64,000 bases of DNA from Haliotis cracherodii (GCF_022045235.1 NW_027266273.1:18228001-18292000); one strand, 5' to 3'. Shown: positions 49,165 through 61,818, counted from the stretch's first letter. Notes: generated by a model from the letters alone, not told the origin. Program-made: numbers and translations.

Positions 49165-51460
49165 TAGGTTATGGTATATGATGAAAGGTTATTATTTATG
49201 TCAGTTTTCATATCGTACCCCACATCAACTGGGCGATATGGGGGTCAAGGGTTGATTTGGGGTATGATATGAAAACTGGCATTTAGCATTTAACTAAAAC
49301 ATTTATCCATGACATAAGCTTATGACATAAAAACATGTATGTCATACCCCAATGACATAAGTATGCAAATTAGATAACCGGAAGTGGATTTTTTTTCGCC
49401 GGTGCACGTGAGTAAGCGTTTACAAACAACATGGATACCTTTGATGTTGAAGACAATGTTTAAATAGATCAAAGGGGAAGTGCTACAGTGATATCCGTGT
49501 TGACAAATGGATATTACAGGTTACAGGTTGATGGTACCGAATTTGAATTTGACTGTCATGAAGGCAGATTATCAAAACTTCCCTGTGGCCAAAGTTTCAT
49601 CATCGAAACGCCATCGTCGAGCACGGCTAAGCAGACGACGAACACAAAGCCGAAAGATGCCCAAGGAAGATTTGTGGCTGTTGAGGATGGCATGGTCGAT
49701 GGTGTGATCCTAGACAATCAAAACAAAAACACAGCCAAGAAAACTTTGTACGATTTGAAACTGTTCGATAACTGTCCAAAATGAATTTCGCCAAATGCAC
49801 GAAATCCCCGCCAAACGAACTAGACACACTTCTCCGCAAGTTTTTCATTAGTGTTCGAAAAACAAATGGGGAAAATTATGAACCAAACAGACTCACGGGT
49901 TTTCAGAGCAGCATCGAGAGATCATTAAAACGAAGAGGGTATGGCTATTCACTCACGTCATCTTTAGAATTTTCACGATCATGGGAAGTATTAAAGGGGA
50001 GAAAAAATGCTATAAAGAAAGAAGGGCAACTTACCTAGGAGAGCCGACCCGATTGGTGATGAAGAGATCGATTCCCTGTGGCAGTCCGAATCCATTGGAA
50101 TCAGTAATCCAATGAACATAATATACTGTCTTTGGCTCTACAACACAATCCATTTCGGGTTAAGAGGTGTCAATGATCACTACAACATGTGTTGGGGGGA
50201 CATCACATTGCATGTTGATGGAGATGATCACGAATATCTTGAACTGTCCATGAGACAAGAAAAGAATAGGTCCGGTGATGTGGGCTAATGTTGCTGATCC
50301 CTCTCGGTGCCCTGTGCAGGTGTATAAGCTGTATGCCTCCACGCGTCCACTCGACTTCTGTCGAGATGGCGATCCCTTTTACATCGGCACACACACTTTA
50401 GGTATGCCTAAACTTGGCGATCAGTGGTTTATCCGCTATCATATTGGGAAAAACAAACTTTCCTCTCTCATGTAAAACATGTGCGATGCCGCAAGTCTCC
50501 AAACATCGAAACGACTCACAAATCACTCTGCGCGCAAACACCTTGTGCAAAAGTTGAATGACAATAATGTTCCGCCAATCAAATAATGCAGATAACTGGC
50601 CACAAAAACATCCATTCTGTGAACAAGTACTGTCATATTAATCCTGACCAGCACAAGCAAATATCCAACATCATTTCACAAAATACTCCATCCAACACCG
50701 TGACATCCCAGCTTGTTGATGAAACTCCCGTCATGCAGAGCGGCCCCTCGCGTAATGTCCAAATCGACAGTAGACAACACAGTCAGCGGTCTCAAATAAT
50801 AAATGTTTCTGGTGTTGTCAACGCTATGTTTGCTGGCAACATTACTGGTGGAAACATAACGATTAATCTTGTTAAACCTCCAAGCCCGGTCCCACTCAAA
50901 AGACGCCGGATTGTCATCGAAAGTGATAGTGACACCGACTAATGCATCTACTCTGACCTCTCAGCCGCGAGACATTCTTCAAGTGAGAGAGCGGTTTGAT
51001 TTGAAACTATATATTATAAGTAAAGTTACACCAGAGATATAATCAGATTACACAGAATCGTTGTTGTTACCGTTATTAAAGTTACAATTATTCTGCAAAA
51101 GTCTGTTCAAGTATTTTGTTTAAAATAATCCGAGGAACTTTTTTTCTCAGCGAAGGAATATGCCATAAAGGAGTTAAGAGGTTGTTTATTTTGGTTTACA
51201 CGGCTATGGTAAACATGTATCACTACGCACAATCTATACGTAAGTTTTCGACAAGTTGCTGATGTTAATTATTCCTTTAAAGGGAAGCAAAAATGTGAAA
51301 ATGATAAATAGAATTCATCACTCGTGTTTTTTAATATGGGTAATATCAACCTCGTCCCGTTAATCGGTATTTGCCTCGCCAAAGGCTCGGCAAATACCGA
51401 TTAACTAAGACTCGGTTGATATTTCCCATATCAAAAAACACTCGTGATGAATCTTCTATA
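49165..51460 (+). mobile_element. Crypton-type tyrosine-recombinase DNA transposon (DUF3504-like), degenerate, in intron 2 of lectin copy C
   Basis: VRKTNGENYEP, HFGLRG, RCPV..YKLY, TNHSARK, ITGHKN..SVNKY (R, HxxR, H, Y catalytic set) across stops and frameshifts. Hairpins at 49199-49283 and 51307-51458; no TSD seen. Confidence 0.88.
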
Positions 51461-51832
51461 TAATAACCTTTAGTCGTTGCCTGTAGGTAACAACAACATC
51501 TATCTACATTTTTTCTCTGTCTGTGATATTGATGTACGATTCCTGTGGCTATTTATTACCTATAAGGGCAAACATATCGGGGTTCATAAAAATCACGTGT
51601 GGGCTCGCGTTATATCACGTCATGGGACAACAGCGTATTGTTTCCGTCATCCGGACGGCATTGTTAACATCATTTGAATCTTATTAAAACGTGAGGTCGG
51701 AGTGGCGTCACACAAGAAACGACGTCATAGCTGAAGATTGTGGACGTGTGGTTCCACTGGTGTTGCGACTTGCTGTCCTAAATGGTAAACACTAAAATTC
51801 GTCTCTGTATGTAGATTTCTTCTTCGGTAATA

Positions 51833-51930
51833 AATAGAACATTATATGAGTGTTCATATCATACCATGTTTTCGACACAGGTGTCGTATACATAGTATGA
51901 CATGAACACTCATATAATATCCTCTATATA
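51833..51930. mobile_element. Short palindromic non-autonomous element (Crypton-like termini)
   Basis: About 95-bp near-perfect palindrome TAGAACATTATATGAGTGTTCAT...ATGAACACTCATATAATATCCTCTA. Confidence 0.7.
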
Positions 51931-52074
51931 TGGAGACCCTCTTTCATTCACACCATCCACTGGCTACCAGTTGCCATATCATGGCAGTCATCAGCATGTT
52001 TCTTTCCTATGTGCAGTGCAGTTGTACAGTCATCATATCACACAAAAGTAACACAGCTATTTTCATATCAACAG

Positions 52075-52319
52075 ACAATCATGTATGGATCGGCCTCGGA
52101 CGTGAAGACATCAATGCTGGTTGGCGCTGGACAAACGGGCATTCTCTTGGGCCATACAACAACTGGAGCCCGGGACTAGAAAATTCAAGTGACCAGATTT
52201 ATGCCAGGATGTTTTCTGATGGAATGTGGGGTGGTTCAGGCATCGCTATGGAGTTAAGTGCTCTCTGTGAGATTGACGTTGAGGTGGAGGACACTGCTCT
52301 TTGGTGTGAGGATAAATAG
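52075..52319 (+). CDS. PAN-CTL lectin copy C, exon 3
   Basis: ACAG|AC acceptor; DNHVWIGL...WRWTNG...YNNW...ALCE...EDK*. Spliced product is 216 aa. Confidence 0.88.
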
Positions 52320-53012
52320 ATTTGCATGTATTATATACCCAGCAAATATCATGACAAGATGTATTATTGTGGATCAGAACTTTTTTTATGTTATATACAC
52401 ATAACGTTCCAGGAACTCTTTGTGACCCTTCAAAAACATGAACATGAACTGCTAACCCTAGTAGAAGATGGAGTGTTACAATTTCGTTTGAACGGGCATG
52501 TCAGGAGATTTAAAATACAGAAGGCGTGGTAAGAAGTCTCGTACTCAACACCTGCGCTGGCTTGGCGATCCTAGGGATACTTAACAGAACCTGCATTCTT
52601 TCGTGCTTTAATTACGCACACACCTAAACACTTCTGTGTTGAAGAACTGCATAATCACTGAACAACACATTTCTTACAAACCACAGCACCTACAGGGGTT
52701 ATCCTGATGTTGTTGGAGCAATGTATAAAGACGTCCGCTAGCAGGTTACACTCAACTGACTCTTTTGACTTTTGTGGGAAAAGGGTACAAAAGCCATTAT
52801 TTTGTCAAGAGCTAGGATTTATAATTTGTCAATAAACTGCCAGCCCAAGCTATTCGACGCTATAGTAACGCCAATCTTAACATACGGATCAGAAATATGA
52901 GGATTTGAAAACTTAAACATTATTGAAAACATCCACTTAACGTTCATAAGAAAAATATTATCTCTTAGGAAAAGAACCCCATATATATGCTATGCAGTAA
53001 AATAGGAAGAAA

Positions 53013-53016
<4 letters not shown>

Positions 53017-53098
<82 letters not shown>
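53017..53098. repeat. Compound (TA)n(GA)n microsatellite
   Basis: Directly visible. Confidence 0.98.
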
Positions 53099-53101
<3 letters not shown>

Positions 53102-53129
53102 TCTGACCGATGACTCTCATCGATTAAAA

Positions 53130-53583
53130 GCAGATTCTACAAGACAATTAAGGAAAATACTTTGAGGTTTATTTACAATATTTATCTAACAAATGTAAAC
53201 CTTGTTTAGTTCAATTAAGACTTTCTTGTCACCGTCTACAGGTAGATGGTAGATGGTAGCACATTCCTCTCGAGGAAAGAAAATGTACATTCTGTCCATC
53301 AAATGATACTGCAGATGAATACAATCATTTGTTTAACTGTGTGTATTTTAATGATTCAATAAGTTTTTTCTGTCCTTATTACGTTAATCAACAATCAGTT
53401 TTGAAAATGACCAAGTTATTTCAATGTAAAAACATATCTACTCTGATGATACTTTCTCATTTGTCGCCACATTTACATTTAAATTGAACTATTGTATATT
53501 GTGCTGCCATGTAATACATTTATTTTCCGACCTGATTATGCTATATTCATAGCCTTGGGTGAATAAAGGTCTGCTCTGTTCTG
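53130..53583 (+). mobile_element. LINE 3' end (L2/Crack-like)
   Basis: RLSCHRLQV..GRW..EERKCTFC..DEYNHLFNC; ends AATAAA plus a short repeat tail. Confidence 0.7.
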
Positions 53584-53869
53584 ACATGTGTTCGATATTT
53601 TCATGACCAACACAATTGCAATAGAACAGTTGCGCAAACGTCCTTTTCACGTCACAAGCATCCTTCCGAGGCAAGTGAGGTAGCTGACTGTAAAAAAACA
53701 GTTTCCACCCTTGCCGAACTGGGTTGGATTTTCTGGGCTCGATCGTAGTGCCACCGATGGCTATTACGAGTCATGTCCCTTCTATGTCCCTCCTCAGACC
53801 AATCATACTCCACCTCTCATGGCACTTGCTTCGAGACGAGTCACGATGATGTGGTCGATAATCAAAATC

Positions 53870-53948
53870 TGTGAGTGAGTTTGGTTTTACGCCGCTTTTA
53901 GCAATATTCCCGCAATAGCACGGCGGGGTACACCAGAAATGGGCTTGT
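53870..53948 (-). mobile_element. SINE family D 3' part
   Basis: GTGAGTGAGTTTGGTTTTACGCCGC...CACCAGAAATGGGC. Confidence 0.75.
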
Positions 53949-54419
53949 AATATAAAGGCACCTTGATTAAAAACATGAAATGATTTGGAAAATATCTGTT
54001 GACACCGAGTTGGCGGTACACATGCTTTGCAAAGCCTGCATTCGATCGAAATCTACACGGCAGTTTACGAACCGGATGTCGATTTCGCAATTTTCGCGAT
54101 TTTGATTTTGATTGGACTATATATTATATTCGCTTGTTTGAACTGTTTGAACTGTTCAGCTATCCTGCCTTTGACACATGACTTCAAAGAAAATTATATT
54201 TAGTAATCGATGTTTCTTACATCATTATGTAGCCAGGATGATGTACAATACTATGGCCGAGAAAAAAGTGTGAAAATGTAGACCTAGCGCTGTTGCGCTA
54301 AATTAAAAGTATGCATTTTGAGGTTTGTATAAGTAACAGCGCTAAGGAGGAGGCGTGGCTTAATTACAGGTGCAGAATATACCTGATCGTTACATGAGTT
54401 GTTGGGAGAACTTAGTTGT

Positions 54420-54640
54420 ATACCCACTCTTCAAAAACGAAACGCACAGGTAGATTTTTAGTAAATTTATTGTACCTAATAAAGTCGATATATTTAATTC
54501 AATATCATAGATACAAATATGAAATTTTGGAGTTTTTGTCCATGTTCATTGTCTTGTCACACAAGGCCACAAGGTTGCGCGGAACTCAGTATCTCGTGTG
54601 ACCACCCCGGGCAGCAATCACGGCTCTCCCCGGCACTGAC
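54420..54640 (-). mobile_element. 3' end of Tc1 (same family as 31940-33377)
   Basis: TIR and subterminal region as in 35101; minus strand encodes GGHTRY*. Confidence 0.85.
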
Positions 54641-55989
54641 TTTCTATGGTATCTGACCGAGTGAAAGCGAGGTCAGATGCGATAGAAAGTTCACGAGTTT
54701 CGTAAAAATGACATCTAACGAGAATGAGTGTGGTATTTTATTTATTACCCATGTCAAAATATGTATTTAAATGTAAATATATAAAAACTTTCTTTCGTTG
54801 ACAGATGAAACTGAAACCGGTTGCAAATCTGGTTGCGCATGAATATTGAAACGATTATACGAATTGAATCAACAAGACATTAACTATCACATAGTTTGAT
54901 AAGACCGGTGCTTCAATGAGATTTATGGCATATTTAGATTTAACAAACAGAAATTAGTGAATTTTTAGATTTAAACATATCAATATGATTGTGTGTTGTC
55001 ACAGCTCTGTGACTAGTTATCTGGGTATATATTCTGTTCATATTTGATTCAAATATTGTCTAGATTTGTCTAATCATGCTCTATAGTGAAGAACGAATCA
55101 GTGAATTGAAGTAAATATCACCCCTCAATTAGTTCTATTTGACAAAATTTTCTAACAAAAACACAACGCTCAGGGACACGACATTTATAAATACACCAAT
55201 ATTCACGAAAGTGTCAATTCTGTATGAAAGTGGAACCACGATGTTTGCTTGGTTGCCTGGTTACTGAGTTGACAAAACATGAAGCTAGCGTAAAGTAGAG
55301 GTCTCCGAAAAAGCATGTAAATAATGACACGCCTTCCTCTACGTGTGAGCAAATCATTCACTAAGCTAACCCAGGATAATACACACATATGTTAGGTAGT
55401 ACTAACAAACCTTAGTAATAGACTGTGTACTTTGATCATCAGCGTATATAGGGACGTTGAATAGTTATTACAAAGTACACAATGTTCACATTGTCCTTGT
55501 TCGTCACTGGATATATCGCACTCAACCTTGGTCCGTTTATGTCTGGGGTCACCCACAAACCAGAATGCACAGTAGCCTGTGTGTACTATGCAAACTGCCC
55601 CTCATTCTTTTACGACATCAACACACAGGAGTGCTACCTGGAGAAGTATGTGTATGTCATCAGTAGCCAGCTCCAGGGCCGGATAGGTACTCAGTCCTAT
55701 TCACTGTTGAACAGTAAGACGATGTTCTTTCTAAATCGTTATGCATTTCACTTCGGGAGAGGGAATTATATTTTTCATTATGGAAATTGTTATGTCGCTT
55801 TTATATACATTGCTTTCAATTGATCAAACGTCAGCTGGAAGTATTGAAGACGGATAGTAAATAACACGAGAATAAACTCATATTTACTAGTATTGCACCC
55901 ATAACTATTCATGTTATCTAACAAGTTTGCAAGTCTTTTTCTCTACAATATGTAAGAGAGTATTTCAAATAGTTTCATCATTATTGACC

Positions 55990-56210
55990 AAAAGACGTCA
56001 AAAGATGGTACAAGTACTTGTCGGCTCGGGGTCAGTATACTGTGTCTGAGTGGGGTGTTCATGTTAAACTGCGGCATGGTATCTCAGTGGGCTAGCACTG
56101 TAAATCGGCATCAGTCCGGACTAGTACAAGCAGCTTTACACACGTGCATGCAGGTCGCTATATAAGACATTAGTGCAATAATCTTGAACGCGACTTTAAA
56201 CCCCATTTCA
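55990..56210 (+). mobile_element. SINE family B, truncated and deleted copy
   Basis: CCAAAAGACG..AAAAGATGGTAC...CGGACTAGTACAAGCAG...AAACCCCATTTCA. Confidence 0.85.
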
Positions 56211-56556
56211 TCATTATTATTGAAACTGCATATCAACCAAGTGTTAATTTGACAATCACATCTTTCCATGGCTTATGTAACATCGGAACGTCGATAAGAT
56301 GCGTGTATATTACCGAAACTGTGTTGTCAATTGCCCGAACAAGGCTATCAAAACTATGGTCTATCGTTTACTTTAGGCGTCCAAGTCTACATTGACCCTG
56401 TAAATACGGCGGAAAGAAAATACTTACTGGCCTCCCAAAACATCAAAAGTGAAACTTTGCTATCAGATTCATTTTTTTCATGCAATCTTTATCTGTTCAT
56501 TAAAATAATGAACGAAATATCTTCGTTCAGTGTCGTCATTGGATACTTTTTTTCTC

Positions 56557-56824
56557 ACCGCCTCCGTGGTTTTGTTGTAGAGCGTCCGCCCGGAGAGCGG
56601 AAGTTCCGGGGTTCGATCCCTGGCCGCGTCATACCAAAAGACGTTAAAAGATGGTACTTGTTGTTACCCTGTCTTGCGCTCGGCATTAAGGGGCTAAAAC
56701 AAGGACTGGTCGGCTCGGAGTCAGTATACTGTGTCTGAGCGGGGTATTCATGTTAAACTGCGGCATGGTATCTCATTGAGCTAGTACTATAAATCGGCAT
56801 CAGTCCGGACTAGTACAAGCAGCC

Positions 56825-56862
<38 letters not shown>

Positions 56863-56930
56863 TGCACGTCGCTATATAAGTGCAATTATCTTGGAAGCGA
56901 CGTTAAACCCCATTTCACCTGACCTCACCT
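56557..56930 (+). mobile_element. SINE family B, full length
   Basis: Near-identical to 7693-8050 with a longer (CA)n run. Confidence 0.92.
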
Positions 56931-58559
56931 CTCTCTTAGGACGTAACTATTTATTGAAAAACAATCTGTGTGGTTGTGTGTCTTGTCTCTCCTCATGAAC
57001 TGCTACATGTCCCAACATTGCACTGTCTGAGATCTGTGTCCTTTTTCTCCAGATGTCTCTTAGGATGTAACTATTTATTGAAAAAAACAATCTGTATTGT
57101 TATGTGTCTTGTCCTAGGTGTTTGCCCCGCCACCTACATCTACAGTCATTATACCAACCAGAGGGCTCGGGACACATCCCTTCACCAGGCATCAATTGTT
57201 GCAAACGGTAAGATAAACTCGTCATATCACCTCGGATACATATATGAGACTCAAAACGGAAACGATGTCAAATGTGCATCTCTCTCTCACTCATTCACCC
57301 TACATCACTTTCTTCTATCTTAAGCTTTCCTTCATCCCATCTGCCTTCGGAGGGTGCAAGTACTATCCTTGTATGTCGACCGACCTTAATGAAGTGGGTA
57401 TCGATGCCAGTTGGATGATCATGCTCATTAAGTGTATCCTGACAGTATGGATCTTTGCCCATGTTATTAAATCACTCGAACCTGAAGATATTGTTGACTG
57501 CATGGAACAACAAAATATACTTACATCATTCGTCACTGTGATATGGGTGTATAATTGCTATTGCTCCATGTAGAGCCTCTCGTTCATGTACATTTCTATG
57601 TTCAATCCAGTCCTGAAAACGTAGGTGACGGTTTTCTACAGACACTGGTGTTTTCATCGACCTTGAACGTGATGATGTCGGTATTGGTTGGCACTGGACA
57701 GATGGACAGTCCCTTGGTCCCGACAGCAACTGGAATGATTGGTGTCAACTTCAACAGATTGAATTTATGGCAGGCTGTTAACTACAGGCATATGGGGTAG
57801 TGGAAGCATCGGTACCAAGAGATTTGATGTTGAGGTTTAAGATAATGTTCTTTGGTGTAAGAATTTGTAAATTGACATGCATTGCATCTATTGAATAAAA
57901 CGTATAAACTGTGTGATGTGGCATTAAATGTTATAATGTATACGTTGAAACTGTATTTATTATGAATGAGGCAAATTGATTGAAGCGCCTGTAGAATATT
58001 TTGAATCTCTGTCTTCACTCCCGCAACTGTGAGTAGCTCCTGTGTCTTTGACACAGAGTTACCTCCCTTTAGAAGTCGTTGTTGACGCTGGGACAATCTG
58101 GAAACGTCACTGGACACATTGTTCCAGACACGTCATCAATGTTCGAGGCATAGGCCTCTGGAAGGCTGTACCCGAAGGCTGTACCTGTACCAAAGGCGAT
58201 TCGATGGCTGTCAACTCAATTGCTCATCACAAACACCGACATTTCTGTTTCCATAACACTGAGTCCTGGACTCAAGTCGGACCTCGTGCTTCGTTGAAAC
58301 TATTCAACACTGACTTTAGGGCCCGTACACTGACTTTAGGGCATGTACACTGGCGTCAGGATATGTAACTAATATTGTTCACTACTGCTGCCACACATTG
58401 TTTACCATTGTACCATACATTTGATCCATTATGTTGTCCTATTTTATTTTAAACCCCCTCTTGTGTATTTCAATATAATTGTTACTTGTGCATTGTTCTT
58501 GTGTGGTTATTTACTGATTTCCCAATCTACTACTGTAGTTACGGATTTCTGGGTTGACC

Positions 58560-58680
58560 TTTGACACATTTGTGCAGTGTTCCATCAGGAATGACAACGT
58601 CAAACAGACGGTCTCTTGCGTTTCAGTTTGGGAGTGGGACTGTCATGGTATGGGGCGGCGTCACAACTCATGTTCTACCC
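58560..58680 (+). mobile_element. Tc1 transposase fragment
   Basis: FGSGTVMVWGGV motif. Confidence 0.55.
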
Positions 58681-59672
58681 TCTGTGCAACTCACTCACCC
58701 GCCCACCCACTCACTCACTCACTGATATGAAGCACAGTTTCTTTTGTCCGCTAGCATGATGCATTATGAGTCATAATATTTTAGAGGCGCTTCGTTTTCT
58801 ACTCCGTAAGACAGCAAATTGGGTTTAACAGCACACTCGGCAATAGTCCAGCTGTATGAAGACGGTCTGTAAAGAAGTCAGGACCAGAAAATCAAGTGAT
58901 TGAAATCATCAGTATCGATCTACGAATTTGGGATGCTGCATCAAGCTGTGTAAGCTTGTTGTGGAATGAAATCCGAACATGACACACGCCACATGTTACC
59001 ACTTGGTGGAATCAAGAACGTTTGTGATATTGACTAACCAAAGAGCATAAGCAGGGATAATCTCGGACTCGAACCCACAATCAGCGAATCCTGCGAAGCA
59101 GTTGTACAAAAACATTGCGGTCCCTGAGGCAACTGGGCTACCTATACCACAATTTCTAGACTCGATGATATGCATGCCGCCGGAATACTGGTTTGATATT
59201 GTTGAATGCGACCATGAAATGCCAACATATTGTTATGGCTGCAGCCTCATTGTATGTTGATGTGTGATGTATGGCATATTGTAGACGAATCTGTGCCTCA
59301 GGATTACGAACGAACACAACCTCCGTCCCCTCACATTTCACTGTCTACATATAAAACGTCAATACCAGAGAAAAACCAGTCTCGATTATCCGCCGAAACA
59401 GATACCATTGGGCGTTTTATGGCAAAATAGTGGTGAAAAGTATCCTCACAAACACATGATTGGCTGGAGTTGAATGTGGAGTCGGACATGTGCACATTTA
59501 GTGGTTTACAAAGTGTTTCAATTTATTATTGAAAATTATCGCAGCATGAAAGCCTTTTTATGGAACTGATGTAAATAAAATCTGAACTAAAAATATGGTA
59601 TGAACAATCGATACGTTATCCACTGACGTTATACACGTTTAGCCTGTGGAAAGTATGGCATCAGTGTCTGTT

Positions 59673-59780
59673 GATTGGTTGGTTGGTTTGTTGTTTTTAA
59701 CGCCGCACTCAGCACTATGCTAGCCATATGACGGTGGTCTGTAAATAATCGAGTGTGGACGAGACAATCCAGTGATTAAT
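59673..59780 (-). mobile_element. SINE family A 3' part
   Basis: TTGGTTGGTTTGTTG..AACGCCGCACTCAGC...GTAAATAATCGAG. Confidence 0.85.
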
Positions 59781-59839
59781 ATCCTGCCGACTGGACTCCA
59801 TTTCCGTAACTCATCGAGATTCCTGGTGAGATTAGGTGA

Positions 59840-60035
59840 GGCGGTGGATTAGTCGAGTGGTTAAAGCGTTCGCTCGTTAGGCCGAAGACTAGGGTTCGAT
59901 TCTCCACATGAGTACAATGTGTGATGCCCATTTCTGGTGTCCGCCGCCGTGATATTGCTGGGATATTGCGTAAAACCATGCTCACTCACTCACTCACTCA
60001 CTCAATCATTTACTCACTCACTCACTCACTCACTC
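59840..60035 (+). mobile_element. SINE family D with an expanded (CACT)n tail
   Basis: A box AGTGGTTAAAGCG, B box GGTTCGATTC, shared 3' tail. Confidence 0.88.
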
Positions 60036-61426
60036 AAGGCCGGATCCACCATTTTTAAAAGGGAAGGGTCCAAAATAACAAAAGCCTCGCTCAAATAAGT
60101 TCACTGCCAACAACATGCCACAAGGTGTATGCTTTATCTGGTCATCTTTCCTGTTGGGATTCCTGGTTACAACATGTCCCCAGTAACCTATGCGGGTCGC
60201 ATGACGCGACCAAATGAATCGGCGTAAAACAACACGTTGACGCTGGCATACTCTTACACAAGTAGATAACTTGTATTTAATAACATGGTTAAATTTGAAG
60301 CTTGAATGCTTTGTCCAGGAGTAAATTGCTCAAATAGACAGGGATGTGGGTACGGATGGGGACATTTGTTTCCATCCAGTAACAGATTTTGACCGAAGAC
60401 ATCTGCCTCGCATGCAGTTATGATAGCCCGAAGCGAGAGACATCCGCACCCTTGCAGTGTGCGCCCTGGTTTTGAAAGTTATCTCCCTTTGACTGTAGGC
60501 CAGACATGAACATCACCACGAAATGCCCAGGGGGTCGGGGGTCATGATAAATACGAGGTATGGAATGCTCCGACGTAAGGGAAATATAGACCAAATAGTT
60601 TCAGCTAATGTTCTTGTGCATTTGATAAAACTTTTCCAATGACTTTATTGATAAAACACATATTACAAATGGTTTTAAACGCCCTGCAAATGGAGTGCAG
60701 CAAAGTGGACATATTGTAAGGTTACACAAGGAGGGAGGGAAAGAGAGAGAGAGAGAGATAGATAGAGACAGGGAGAGAGAGAGAGAGAGAGTAATGTGTA
60801 TTTTTGTGTGACATGTATTAACATATAATATGTAACATATCATCATACATTTTTTGCCTATTTTACAGTAGCTCAGGCACGTGTCAGTGAAACCGTATGA
60901 TGTTTCTAAAAAATATATTAGGCGCTTGAGTGATTTGGGATGTTCGGAAATTAAAATTAATGCCCCATCACAGATTACGTCAATTGATGTCTTGAAGCAT
61001 CTTCCTCACGTGCACATGATGCGTATGCACGGAAGCACCTGCATGCGCTTACTTCGTGACCCGACAAAAACTGACTCCCATGGAGGCAAGGGAAGTTAGC
61101 GAACATGCTGGTTCGACGGGCCATCGTCACATCCAGGGCTACATTCCTTCAAGCAGTATTTCATTTGCGGCGCGTGTGATTGTTAAAACAATCGGGCCAT
61201 TGTTTTCTTGTGATAACTCTATCCAAGGCACTGCGACCGATGCCAAACGTGGATGAGTTTTTATCTAAATCGACTTTAGCGACAGATCTCACGACAAAAA
61301 CACGCCAGCATTGTTCACCACATGCGATATTGTGAAGATCTACAAACTGTTTCTTTCAATTCTTGACATTTCCAGGTGCTATCTTGATTAATACATTAAC
61401 CATCAATACACACAACCTTCCACGAA

Positions 61427-61545
61427 ACCCGTGAAGATCCGGGTTGGAATAGGGCTTCAGCAAACCATGCTTGCCGTAACATGCGATAATGTTTGTCGTG
61501 AGAGGTGACTAAAGAGTGCGGCGTTAAACAACAAAGAAACAAAAC
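61427..61545 (+). mobile_element. SINE family A, internally deleted
   Basis: Head CCCGTGAAGATCCGGG joined directly to the GAGTGCGGCGTTAAACAAC tail. Confidence 0.8.
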
Positions 61546-61783
61546 AAAACCTTCCTTCGTTAAAATGTTTGCATGCTTTGTCAGAATCGTTTTGTGTTAA
61601 TTGAAAGACAAAACTGTATGATATCCTTGTAAAACGAAAGCAATAAAATGTCAATATAGGTTATGTATTGCTGAATGGCTTTTCTGTCGGTACGTTTGTT
61701 GTTTAACTTCCTGCGATTACCAGAAAATCAGGGCCAGACAACCCATTGGTTGACATCTTGAGCTTTCATCTACGCAATGGGGA

Positions 61784-61787
61784 TACA

Positions 61788-61818
<31 letters not shown>

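Larger units (their letters stand above)
55482..57840 (+). pseudogene. PAN-CTL lectin copy D, probable pseudogene (exons 55482-55713, 57118-57207, 57642-~57840)
   Basis: Exon 1 is intact with a TATATAG box at 55445. Exon 2 has lost 84 nt including two Cys codons. Exon 3 is frameshifted with premature stops and lacks LCE. Confidence 0.85.

Noticed and set aside
56557-56630. tRNA-like sequences (also at 7693, 18096, 25489, 59840)
   Set aside because: SINE heads that continue into SINE bodies and tails; not tRNA genes.
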